Source of the DNA: a virus | Length of the DNA stretch: 64,000 bases | Virus record (IMG/VR): IMGVR_UViG_3300035703_000038 | Location: 37,245-101,244 of that record | Reading direction: 5' to 3' (one strand) | Shown here: positions 1-8,522 of the stretch, one piece after another | Position numbering within the stretch: the first letter of the stretch is position 1 | How the letters are laid out: every line of letters starts with the position of its first letter | Made by a program: the position numbers and the translations under genes | The notes under the pieces: model-generated | What the model saw: only the letters and a program-made list of their open reading frames with translations | Databases searched by the model: none | What the model was told of the DNA's origin: nothing

Positions 1-3000
1 ACAACAAACATCAACGCACCTGGCGCTCATAGATTAAAACTTGTATCAACACTTATTGCAAGAGATAAGGTTGGTGCCAACGCTATTTCAAATACCGATA
101 TTGCATTCCCAATTGTTGAGTTTGGAAACAATGGTCCAATCTTCCAAAGAACAAACACAGAGTATAACCTACTAGGTGAAGAGCTAGCTAAGAGAACATT
201 TGAAGAGTCCGGCCACTATATTGTCAAACCATTCAACCTAACAACCAAGCCTCATGAAAATGATACAACAAGATTGTTCTATGATGTAAGCCAAGGTTTA
301 GCTTATGTCAAGGGTCAAAGAAGAGAATTCATCAATAGACAAAATGTTCCAGGCAGAAGAGGTGTTGATACAATCAGCCGTGACCAGGCTATCACATCAA
401 TGTCATTTGGCAACTACACCCTTATAAATGATTTGAAGGGTTATTTCCCTGTAGATCAGTCAAGCGAAGTTGTATTCTATAATGCTGAGCAAAATGCTGT
501 ATCTGGTACTGCATACAGAGAACCAGGTTCAACAGCAAACGGCACAATCGTTGGCTATGCTAATATTAGAGCAATTAAGTACGTTGACTCAACAACAGCA
601 TTGAAGGGTGACCCTTCTGCAGTCTATAGATTATACATTTTTAACTACAGACCAGTTGGTACCTATACATTCCAAGATGCAAGATCAGTTGTTTACCACT
701 CAGGTGTTGCAAACTCTACAAATGCAGAAGCATTTGCCGATCTAATTCTAAACACAAATAATGTCCCTACAATCTTTGAACAATCATTAACGCCACTACT
801 ATTCAGTTTGAATACGACAGCTGTTAAGGATCTGAGAAATGCTAATGGTGTCTACGATACAAACTATTTCTATACAGCTGCTAATACTGCTGCAACTCTC
901 TCAGAAGCAGGTGTAATTACATTTGGTATTGGCGCCCAGCAAGGTATTCTAGGATTTAGTAACGGCTCCTCAATTGAGGAAGCCTTGGTGGATGTGGTAG
1001 TTGAAGCAAACTGTACTACAAATAACTTAGTAGGTACAATCAGTTGTAACAGCACTAGTACGACTGTAACAGGATCATCTACAACATTCACGCAAGACTT
1101 TGTTGTTGGTGAACATATTACTCTACCTTTCCATAGCCAGACTAGAAGAATCACAGCAATTGCTAGTGACACTTCGTTGACAGTCAATTCAGTATTCTCT
1201 ACTAGTGTCGCCAACAACTACCAAAGAACACACGTTAAGGGTTCAATTATTGCACTAAACCCAACAAGTGGTACAAAGAGAGTACTTGATCCATCTGAAG
1301 ATCAAGAGTCAGCAACAATTAACTTATCATCAGTATATAATGGTCAGACAGCAGTTACAGTTAGATTCTACGCATACAATAATGATGGTGCTACTCTAAA
1401 GAAAGAAATCACAAGAAATTCTCTTGTAATTATCAACACTGCCAACAACATTGCTAATAGCGCTACTGGCCCATGGAATTTGGGTGTACCAGATGTATTG
1501 AAGATTACAGGCGTATATGTTGGTACAAACTCATCAAACTTTATTCTAGATGTCAACAAGGCATCAGAGTTTGTTCTTGATAATGGTCAGCGCGACACAC
1601 ATTACGACCATGCTAAGATTTCATTATCACCTGAATCTTCAATGAACCTTGCTAACAACTGGCTACTAGTTCAGTTTGATTGCTTTACAGTAAACTCATC
1701 TGTTGGCCAAGGGTTCTTCTCTGTAGAATCATATCCAGTAAATGATCAGTTGAATGCAAACGTACAGACATATATCAAGACATACGAGATTCCAAGCTAC
1801 ACTGTAACAGTTGGCAATACCCCAGTCAAGTATGATCTAAGAGATGTTGTTGACTTTAGACCATATAAGTCTAACACAGCTGCAGTCACTACTTCATTCA
1901 CTGCTGCAACTATTAACCCTTCAGCAACAAATACATTCCAGACCAAGACTACAGAATATAATCCATGGCCTGGCTCTACAATGCAAACAAACTTCACCTA
2001 CTACCTAGGTAGAAAGGATAAGTTGGTATTGACAGCCGAAGGACAGTTTAAGGTAGAAGAAGGTATTCCAGATATTCTACCAAGAGCACTTCCAAATAGT
2101 CCTGAAGTGTTAACAATTGCTGATATTACAGTCCCTCCATATCCTTCATTGACAGATACTGAGAAGTTGTTCCTACAAAGAACTGACTATAACATCAAGT
2201 ATGATATTCTATCTCATAAGCGCTTCACAATGAAGGACATTTCGGTTCTTGAGAAGAGAATTGAGAGACTGGAATATTATACAACACTGAATATGCTAGA
2301 GAATCTAGCACTACAAACAACGATTGCTGATAGTAATGGCGACCAAAGATTCCAGAATGGCTTCTTTGTTGATCCATTCAACAATCACGTGTTTGGTAGA
2401 ACAGATGATGCTGAGTATAAGATTGCTATCGATGAAAAGAATGGCCTACTAAGACCAGCATTTGACCCAGAAGTTATTGAGATGGAGTTTGATACAGACA
2501 CATCATCATACGCTAATGTTCAGATCACAGGCTCAATGGTTACACTTCCATATACAGAAGAAGTATTCATCGACCAACCATACGCTTCCGATGTTGTAAA
2601 CATTTCAGGTTCACCTATCAAGTGGGTTGGTACAATTGATGTAAGACCTAAGGTTGCCAACGATATTGAATACTTGGCAAGAGCAGTTGCAGTTGGTAGT
2701 ACATCATCTGTAGCTCAGGCTTATGAAAACATGAAGTCTGTAACACCAGGTACAGCTCAGTATGGCTGGTGGAGAGATAATGTTCAGACATCTGCCGACT
2801 TCAATCCAGGTGCCGCAGCCAATGATGCAAGAGACAGAACAACAATCTCTGCTCAATCTGGCACATCTGTAACAACAGAAACAGGTGAGAAGGTTACAGC
2901 TGGTATTATCTACTACTCGAAGGAAAGAGTATATGGATTCAAGGCAGTTGGCCTAAAGCCAAATACTATCCACTACTTGTTTGTCAATGATAATGAAAAC

Positions 3001-4818
3001 TCACAGCTAGCAGCATTGGGTGAGCTAAGCGCAAATCCAAATGCTTCTGATGAAGGCTTTGTTACAAGAACGACAACATGGGGTACACCACTCGAGTCTG
3101 ACTCACGCGGTGAAATTATTGGTAAGTTTATTGCACCAGCATTCTCATTGAAGTCTGGTACACATAGACTATCACTAAGAGATAGAAGAACAAGAGCAAC
3201 TGGCTTAGATACATCATATGCTGATGCATACTTTGTGTTGGATGTTACAACACAAGATCCACCAGACATCGTCGAGCCACCTCCTCCTCCTCCTCCACCA
3301 CCACCTCCTCCTCCGCCACCAGGCAACACAACTCCACGTCCAAACTTGGATGCAAGATTTGTTGTAACTGGCAACACTACGATTTATGCTGAGGCAAATT
3401 CAACCGGTGGAATCCCAAGTGGTACATTTACGCTAACATTCACAAATGATAGCACCATCTCAAATGGTACCATCACAGGATATAATTGGAACTTTGGTGC
3501 AATACCAGGATCTGTAACGTGTTCATTGAATACAGCTGCAAATGCTGGTCCACATACAGTTAACATTACGCCAATTAATTCTGTTCAAGATATTAATGTA
3601 TCGTTGATTGTAACAGACAACACATCTCAGACGAAGGAACAAGTACAAACAATTAGACTAACTAAGCTACCTAAGGCTTCTCCACCATCCGCAAATGTTG
3701 TTCCAGGTAACACAAGCCCAGAAGGTATGAAGTTAACATTGTTTGCTTCAGTACTAAACCAGTTGTCAGACTCACTCGTATATAACGATCCAGCTCTAAG
3801 ACCTGACTTCTACACAAACTGGAACCCAGGTATTTCTGGATTTACTGATGCACAATTGTTGTCGCTAACATATGATACTGCAGCATCTCTTGGTACTAAC
3901 ACAGCACTAAGAATTATTGCTAAGCCAGAATATGATTATGAGGGTAATGTTGTTTGGACAATCACAAGTTCATCTGGTCCAGCTCTAACAAACTACTCAT
4001 ACGCTAACGTAACACAAATGTATGTTACAACTAGCGGTTCTGGTTATTCAAACAATGATACAATCAAGCTATCAAATGGCCAGGTAGATGCTACTGCAAC
4101 ATTGTTTACTGATTCATCTGGTGGTATCATCTATGTCAACTTGACATCAAGAGGTAACTTCTCTAATGGTGCAGTTGCCAATACTGAATCATTTACAGCA
4201 AATAGCACTGTAAACAATAACTTCACAATGAATAGAAGTGTTTCAAGCAACACAGATATTCAGGTTGCAGTTAATGGTCTACTACAAACACCAACAACTG
4301 ATTATGGTGTAAGTGGCTCAACATTGACATTCCCAACTAACCTAACAGTATCACCAAGTCCAGACATTGTACAGGTGACACACCTTGCATCGTTGACACC
4401 TGGTACTGGTTTGTTGGATGCAAGTCAAATTAGAGTCCAGGTTGCCAACTCAACTGCTCCTGCCAATAGCACAAACGGTAATACATCAGGTGGTAGTGGA
4501 GCTCAGTTTGCGATCATCCTTGGTGGAACAGCAAACTCCATTTCATCATCACCTAAGGTAACAAACGACACATTCACGTTGTACTCAAGCAGTACATCGA
4601 ATGCTGAGTCTACTGTTACAGTCCGCGCCCAGTTCTACCTAGCTAATGGCTACGCAAATGTTGTTGGTACAGCAGAGCAGTCATTCACACTAAGAAACAC
4701 TGCTGCAGTAACGCCAACTGCTCCAAACCCAGGTGGTGGTTCAACAGGTGTTGGATCTGGTAGCAATGGTGGTGGAGCTGGTAAGCGTGACGAAAGAGTT
4801 AATGTGAAGAGAAATTAA
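1..4818 (+). CDS. Large baseplate/virion structural protein (VrlC/DUF4815-like), 5'-truncated by the window edge, with poly-Pro linker, PKD/Ig-like domain and other inserted modules
   Basis: Frame 1 is open from base 1 (TTNINAPGAHRLKL). It carries VrlC-family motifs APGAHRLKL, DNGQRDTHYDH, YYLGRKDKL, RFTMKDISVLEKRIERLEYYTTL and GFFVDPF. A PKD-like segment (TFTNDST..ITGYNWNFG..VSLIVTD) follows the Pro15 tract. Confidence 0.8.
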   Translation, partial: TTNINAPGAHRLKLVSTLIARDKVGANAISNTDIAFPIVEFGNNGPIFQRTNTEYNLLGEELAKRTFEESGHYIVKPFNLTTKPHENDTTRLFYDVSQGLAYVKGQRREFINRQNVPGRRGVDTISRDQAITSMSFGNYTLINDLKGYFPVDQSSEVVFYNAEQNAVSGTAYREPGSTANGTIVGYANIRAIKYVDSTTALKGDPSAVYRLYIFNYRPVGTYTFQDARSVVYHSGVANSTNAEAFADLILNTNNVPTIFEQSLTPLLFSLNTTAVKDLRNANGVYDTNYFYTAANTAATLSEAGVITFGIGAQQGILGFSNGSSIEEALVDVVVEANCTTNNLVGTISCNSTSTTVTGSSTTFTQDFVVGEHITLPFHSQTRRITAIASDTSLTVNSVFSTSVANNYQRTHVKGSIIALNPTSGTKRVLDPSEDQESATINLSSVYNGQTAVTVRFYAYNNDGATLKKEITRNSLVIINTANNIANSATGPWNLGVPDVLKITGVYVGTNSSNFILDVNKASEFVLDNGQRDTHYDHAKISLSPESSMNLANNWLLVQFDCFTVNSSVGQGFFSVESYPVNDQLNANVQTYIKTYEIPSYTVTVGNTPVKYDLRDVVDFRPYKSNTAAVTTSFTAATINPSATNTFQTKTTEYNPWPGSTMQTNFTYYLGRKDKLVLTAEGQFKVEEGIPDILPRALPNSPEVLTIADITVPPYPSLTDTEKLFLQRTDYNIKYDILSHKRFTMKDISVLEKRIERLEYYTTLNMLENLALQTTIADSNGDQRFQNGFFVDPFNNHVFGRTDDAEYKIAIDEKNGLLRPAFDPEVIEMEFDTDTSSYANVQITGSMVTLPYTEEVFIDQPYASDVVNISGSPIKWVGTIDVRPKVANDIEYLARAVAVGSTSSVAQAYENMKSVTPGTAQYGWWRDNVQTSADFNPGAAANDARDRTTISAQSGTSVTTETGEKVTAGIIYYSKERVYGFKAVGLKPNTIHYLFVNDNENSQLAALGELSANPNASDEGFVTRTTTWGTPLESDSRGEIIGKFIAPAFSLKSGTHRLSLRDRRTRATGLDTSYADAYFVLDVTTQDPPDIVEPPPPPPPPPPPPPPPGNTTPRPNLDARFVVTGNTTIYAEANSTGGIPSGTFTLTFTNDSTISNGTITGYNWNFGAIPGSVTCSLNTAANAGPHTVNITPINSVQDINVSLIVTDNTSQTKEQVQTIRLTKLPKASPPSANVVPGNTSPEGMKLTLFASVLNQLSDSLVYNDPALRPDFYTNWNPGISGFTDAQLLSLTYDTAASLGTNTALRIIAKPEYDYEGNVVWTITSSSGPALTNYSYANVTQMYVTTSGSGYSNNDTIKLSNGQVDATATLFTDSSGGIIYVNLTSRGNFSNGAVANTESFTANSTVNNNFTMNRSVSSNTDIQVAVNGLLQTPTTDYGVSGSTLTFPTNLTVSPSPDIVQVTHLASLTPGTGLLDASQIRVQVANSTAPANSTNGNTSGGSGAQFAIILGGTANSISSSPKVTNDTFTLYSSSTSNAESTVTVRAQFYLANGYANVVGTAEQSFTLRNTAAVTPTAPNPGGGSTGVGSGSNGGGAGKRDERVNVKRN
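3277..3321 (+). repeat. Pro15-encoding CCN tract
   Basis: 15 consecutive CCN codons in frame. Confidence 0.95.
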
Positions 4819-4831
4819 TTGAGGAACGATA

Positions 4832-6553
4832 ATGTCTGATCCAACATCTACAAAGTATACAAGTTTAACACAGGTCTTTAGAGTAGCAGCACCAACTGGT
4901 ATTCCAGGTGTGTTTGTCTCAAAGATTGGCTTGTATTTCAAAGCGAAATCAGATTCGCTTGGTGCTCAGGTGTTTCTTGTTAGACTAACAAATGGTTTAC
5001 CAGATCAGGATAAGATTCTTCCAAACTCACTTGTTACAGTTAACCCAGAAGATGTTAATGTTTCAGCAGATGGTACTGCTGAGACAGTATTTACATTCCC
5101 ACAACTACAATATCTCGAGTCAGCACAAAGCTATGGCTTCTGTGTAAGACCAATTGGTAACTCACCAGATTATCTACTATGGGTGGGTGAGCTTGGTGGT
5201 CGTGATATTGGTGACGATAAGCCAATTGGCTCTAATCCATTAGTCGAGCAAGCTTATTATGCTGGTAACCAGCAAAGATATGCCGACATGATTAACCAGG
5301 ATATTAAGTTCAAGTTATATAGAGCTAAGTTCTCATCAACCTATGGCACAGCAGCAATTAGAAATAAGAATACAGACGTATTCTCAATTTCATCACTATC
5401 AACATTGACAGGTGTTGTTGGTATTAGGGCTGGTGATCAATTGTTTGGTTGGTCAAATGGGTTTGTCAATACTGCAATCAGTGGTACTGTAAGCAAACTA
5501 GACTTGACAAACAGCCTAGTCTACATTAAGAACTCAACTGGCAACTTTACTGCAAATAGTGATGTTGCATTTGTGAGAACTGGTAATGAGGAAGATACAG
5601 CGCTTTCAAATACAGCCGGTATTCTAGGCTTAGCTAAATTAGCTGCTGCTTCAAGCAATGGTCTTTACAAATTTAATTATCATGCAATTGTTCCAAAGTT
5701 AGGTATTGTCAAGACTCCTCTAACAGATATCACCTTGACGTATAAAGGTGCAATCTATAATGGTGCTGCCTACACTCAAGATACAAAAACATTCCGTGTT
5801 GATAATGATATTGAATACGAATTCCAAGATGCCACAAGAGTATGGCTTGGTGAGTCGGAAGAAGTCAATGCTGTAAACCAATTTAGAACTGGTGTTACAC
5901 CATCTGGCCTACAGTGTACAAATTCATCAATCATAATCGAAGCAACACTTTCATCAAACAATAACTTCATCTCACCTGTTATTGATCTAAGAAAGAATAA
6001 TGTTGTGTTGCTACGCAATCTAATCAATGCAAATACAACAAATGAACATACTAGAACTGGTGCGGCTGCATCCAAGTATGTTTCAAAGATTGTTACACTT
6101 GAAGATCAGATGGAAGCTGAAGATCTAAAGATCTACATTACAGCCAACAAGCCAGCTAACACAGACATTAAAGTTTACACTAAGGTGTGGAATGCTGCTG
6201 ACCCAGAATCGTTTGATTCAAAGGTCTGGTCACTAATGGCTCTAGAGAATATTGAAGGTTCTAGAAATACCAACTCACCAGACGAATATATTGAATATGT
6301 TTACTCGTTTGCTAATTCAGCAAGTGCTGCTGGTAATGCATTAGCTGCCTACCAGGCTAACAATTCAGTTCCTGTTGTTTATTATGCTGCCAACTCAACT
6401 GGTGGCGTAACAGGTGGTCCATTCTACGGTGGCGATGGATACGATAGAGTAATTAAGAAGTTTGCTGTCAAGTTAGTACTAACAGCAGATAGTGGTAAGG
6501 AATATGTTTATCCTAAGGTTAATGATCTAAGAGTAATTGCATTGCAGATATAA
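4832..6553 (+). CDS. Virion structural protein matching the C-terminal part of VrlC-like baseplate proteins
   Basis: SLTQVF..GVFVSKIGLYF, QDIKFKLYRAKF, ISPVIDL, SKYVSKIVTL and terminal PKVNDLRVIAL are typical of VrlC-like C-termini. RBS GAGG lies upstream. Confidence 0.7.
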   Translation: MSDPTSTKYTSLTQVFRVAAPTGIPGVFVSKIGLYFKAKSDSLGAQVFLVRLTNGLPDQDKILPNSLVTVNPEDVNVSADGTAETVFTFPQLQYLESAQSYGFCVRPIGNSPDYLLWVGELGGRDIGDDKPIGSNPLVEQAYYAGNQQRYADMINQDIKFKLYRAKFSSTYGTAAIRNKNTDVFSISSLSTLTGVVGIRAGDQLFGWSNGFVNTAISGTVSKLDLTNSLVYIKNSTGNFTANSDVAFVRTGNEEDTALSNTAGILGLAKLAAASSNGLYKFNYHAIVPKLGIVKTPLTDITLTYKGAIYNGAAYTQDTKTFRVDNDIEYEFQDATRVWLGESEEVNAVNQFRTGVTPSGLQCTNSSIIIEATLSSNNNFISPVIDLRKNNVVLLRNLINANTTNEHTRTGAAASKYVSKIVTLEDQMEAEDLKIYITANKPANTDIKVYTKVWNAADPESFDSKVWSLMALENIEGSRNTNSPDEYIEYVYSFANSASAAGNALAAYQANNSVPVVYYAANSTGGVTGGPFYGGDGYDRVIKKFAVKLVLTADSGKEYVYPKVNDLRVIALQI

Positions 6554-6554
6554 T

Positions 6555-6770
6555 ATGGAAAAAGAAATAGTTTATAGAGTGCAGGAAAATCCTGACTACA
6601 TAAAGGATCAAACAACTGGTGCTATATTAAATACTAATGTAGCTAAGCTGAGAGATTACAAGTTGAGAAAGAAACAAGGTCAAAAGATAGAAGACCTTCG
6701 AGAGGAAGTAGAGGAGCTAAAGAACCTGCTTAGACAGGTACTTGAGGAAAGAAAATGGCAAAATCAATAA
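6555..6770 (+). CDS. Small conserved coiled-coil protein following the VrlC-like gene
   Basis: ATG at 6555. KDQTTGAILNT motif plus a C-terminal coiled coil, in the position usual for marine/freshwater T4-like phages. Confidence 0.6.
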   Translation: MEKEIVYRVQENPDYIKDQTTGAILNTNVAKLRDYKLRKKQGQKIEDLREEVEELKNLLRQVLEERKWQNQ

Positions 6771-7885
6771 ATTCAGTTGATGCAAATGCAGACTCGTTTG
6801 CTACGTGGGTAAACATTACCAACGAATTGGCAAATGCAGTTAGCACTGTGGTCTTGACAGCCGGCAACTCTAGCGTCGAAGGTGTCACTGGATCCTCATC
6901 AAATAATCTTAACTCTAAGTTGTGGGGCCAGTTTGCGGCCAACACAATTCTAGTTGGCAACACAATTACATCAAATGTGACAGGTGCCAATGTTGCAATT
7001 GAAGCTAACCTAGAACTCAAGACAGCATATAAACTATACACAGTTGGTGATGTTAATATTAAAGGCAACTTTGTTGTCGACACAGTAACAAAGATTAAGA
7101 TTTCCGATAGAACATCACTACCAGGTAGTGGTACAACTGGTTGGTTAAAAGCAAACACAACAGGCTTTTTACAATTTGCCAACTTGGCAATCAAGGGCTC
7201 TGACTTTGATTCATCAGAGTTTATATGGACTGGTGCTATTGGTTATGCTAACTCAACAAATTCACAATATGATGTTCTAGTATATGACACAGCATCTAGC
7301 GCCTGGTTAAGAACAAGATTGACACATTTAGTGACCCAAGAAATTGATACGCTGACTCTTGGAACAGTAGTAGCTAATTCTTCTGGTGTTGTAACCCACA
7401 ATGCTAATACAAGATTTGGTAATCCATCATCTCCATCTTTATTTGTATCTAACACAACACAAAGAGTTGGTGTAGGTGGCATTACAGCACCAGCTGCAGC
7501 GCTACATGTAAATGGTGCCATCTACTCAACAGGTGATGTCACAACATTCTATACATCAGATAAGAATTTGAAGAAGAATGTTGAAAGAATTCCAGATGCT
7601 CTAGAAAAGGTTCGCTGGCTAAATGGCGTCTCTTTTGAATGGGATCAGGAAAAGATTGGTAATCTATCATTTGTTGGCCCAAAGCCTGACAAGGATATTG
7701 GTTTGATTGCCCAGGATGTCGAAAAGGTATTCCCTGAAGCTGTTATGTTAAGAGTTGATGGGTATAAGGCAGTTGATTATAGCAGGCTAGTACCTGTATT
7801 AATTGAGGCTATTAAGGAGCTCAGCTACAGATTAAATATCGTAGAAGCTGAGTTGGAAGACAAGTACCGCAGCAGTAGTAGGTAA
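6755..7885 (+). CDS. Tail fibre/spike with C-terminal intramolecular chaperone (peptidase S74-like)
   Basis: SDKNLKKNV...GVSFEW...IGLIAQDVEKVFPEAV...VDYSRLVPVLIEAIKEL. Confidence 0.85.
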   Translation: MAKSINSVDANADSFATWVNITNELANAVSTVVLTAGNSSVEGVTGSSSNNLNSKLWGQFAANTILVGNTITSNVTGANVAIEANLELKTAYKLYTVGDVNIKGNFVVDTVTKIKISDRTSLPGSGTTGWLKANTTGFLQFANLAIKGSDFDSSEFIWTGAIGYANSTNSQYDVLVYDTASSAWLRTRLTHLVTQEIDTLTLGTVVANSSGVVTHNANTRFGNPSSPSLFVSNTTQRVGVGGITAPAAALHVNGAIYSTGDVTTFYTSDKNLKKNVERIPDALEKVRWLNGVSFEWDQEKIGNLSFVGPKPDKDIGLIAQDVEKVFPEAVMLRVDGYKAVDYSRLVPVLIEAIKELSYRLNIVEAELEDKYRSSSR

Positions 7886-7886
7886 A

Positions 7887-8213
7887 ATGGCGACTAAAGT
7901 TAATCTGGTTGTAGACCAAGGCACAACATTTACTACATCTATTACCTTCAATGATGAGAATGGTAATACGATTAACTTTTCTACTTATTCTGGTGCTGCT
8001 CAAATGAGAAAGCACTTCACATCATCCAACTCAGTTACTTTTACTGTAGGATTAACATCTAATGGTGTTGTTACATTAGGCTTGACTGCAAACCAAACAG
8101 CAAACTTAGTAGCTGGTAGATATGTTTATGATTTGGAGGTAACTGATTCCTCTAATCAAATTTCAAGATTAATTGAGGGTATCGTTACTGTTACTCCAAA
8201 CGTAACTCGTTAA
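7887..8213 (+). CDS. Small virion structural protein (BppU-like beta-sandwich)
   Basis: NLVVDQGTTF...AQMRKH...GRYVYDLEV...RLIEGIVTVTPNVTR is a widespread family in T4-like tail regions. Confidence 0.65.
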   Translation: MATKVNLVVDQGTTFTTSITFNDENGNTINFSTYSGAAQMRKHFTSSNSVTFTVGLTSNGVVTLGLTANQTANLVAGRYVYDLEVTDSSNQISRLIEGIVTVTPNVTR

Positions 8214-8216
8214 AAA

Positions 8217-8224
8217 TATAAATA
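8217..8224 (+). promoter_or_regulatory. T4-type late promoter
   Basis: Intergenic TATAAATA 16 nt upstream of the ATG at 8240. Confidence 0.8.
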
Positions 8225-8239
8225 GAATAGTAGACAAAA

Positions 8240-8521
8240 ATGGCTATTATCACAAAAGTAACAGTTGCCAATCAAAGATTGAATGGTGCTGTTACAGTCA
8301 AAAATGTAAACGGCGGTCTACAACAAACTAATAAGGTCAATCCTATTAGTGTTGTAACTGGTGCTGCCGGTACAAGTGGTAATAGGTTTGATGAGCTACT
8401 CGACGTGACTGAAGGTACACCCGCCAATGGCGATGTTGTCGTATATAATGCTTCAAATGATAAGTACGAAGTAAAAAGTTTAAGCAATACGTCAATAACG
8501 CTTGACGGAGGCACGTTCTAA
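8240..8521 (+). CDS. Short tail-fibre-related protein
   Basis: Fibre motif DELLDV..PANGDVVVYNASNDKYE. Ends in LDGGTF, as does the next gene. Confidence 0.6.
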   Translation: MAIITKVTVANQRLNGAVTVKNVNGGLQQTNKVNPISVVTGAAGTSGNRFDELLDVTEGTPANGDVVVYNASNDKYEVKSLSNTSITLDGGTF

Positions 8522-8522
8522 A

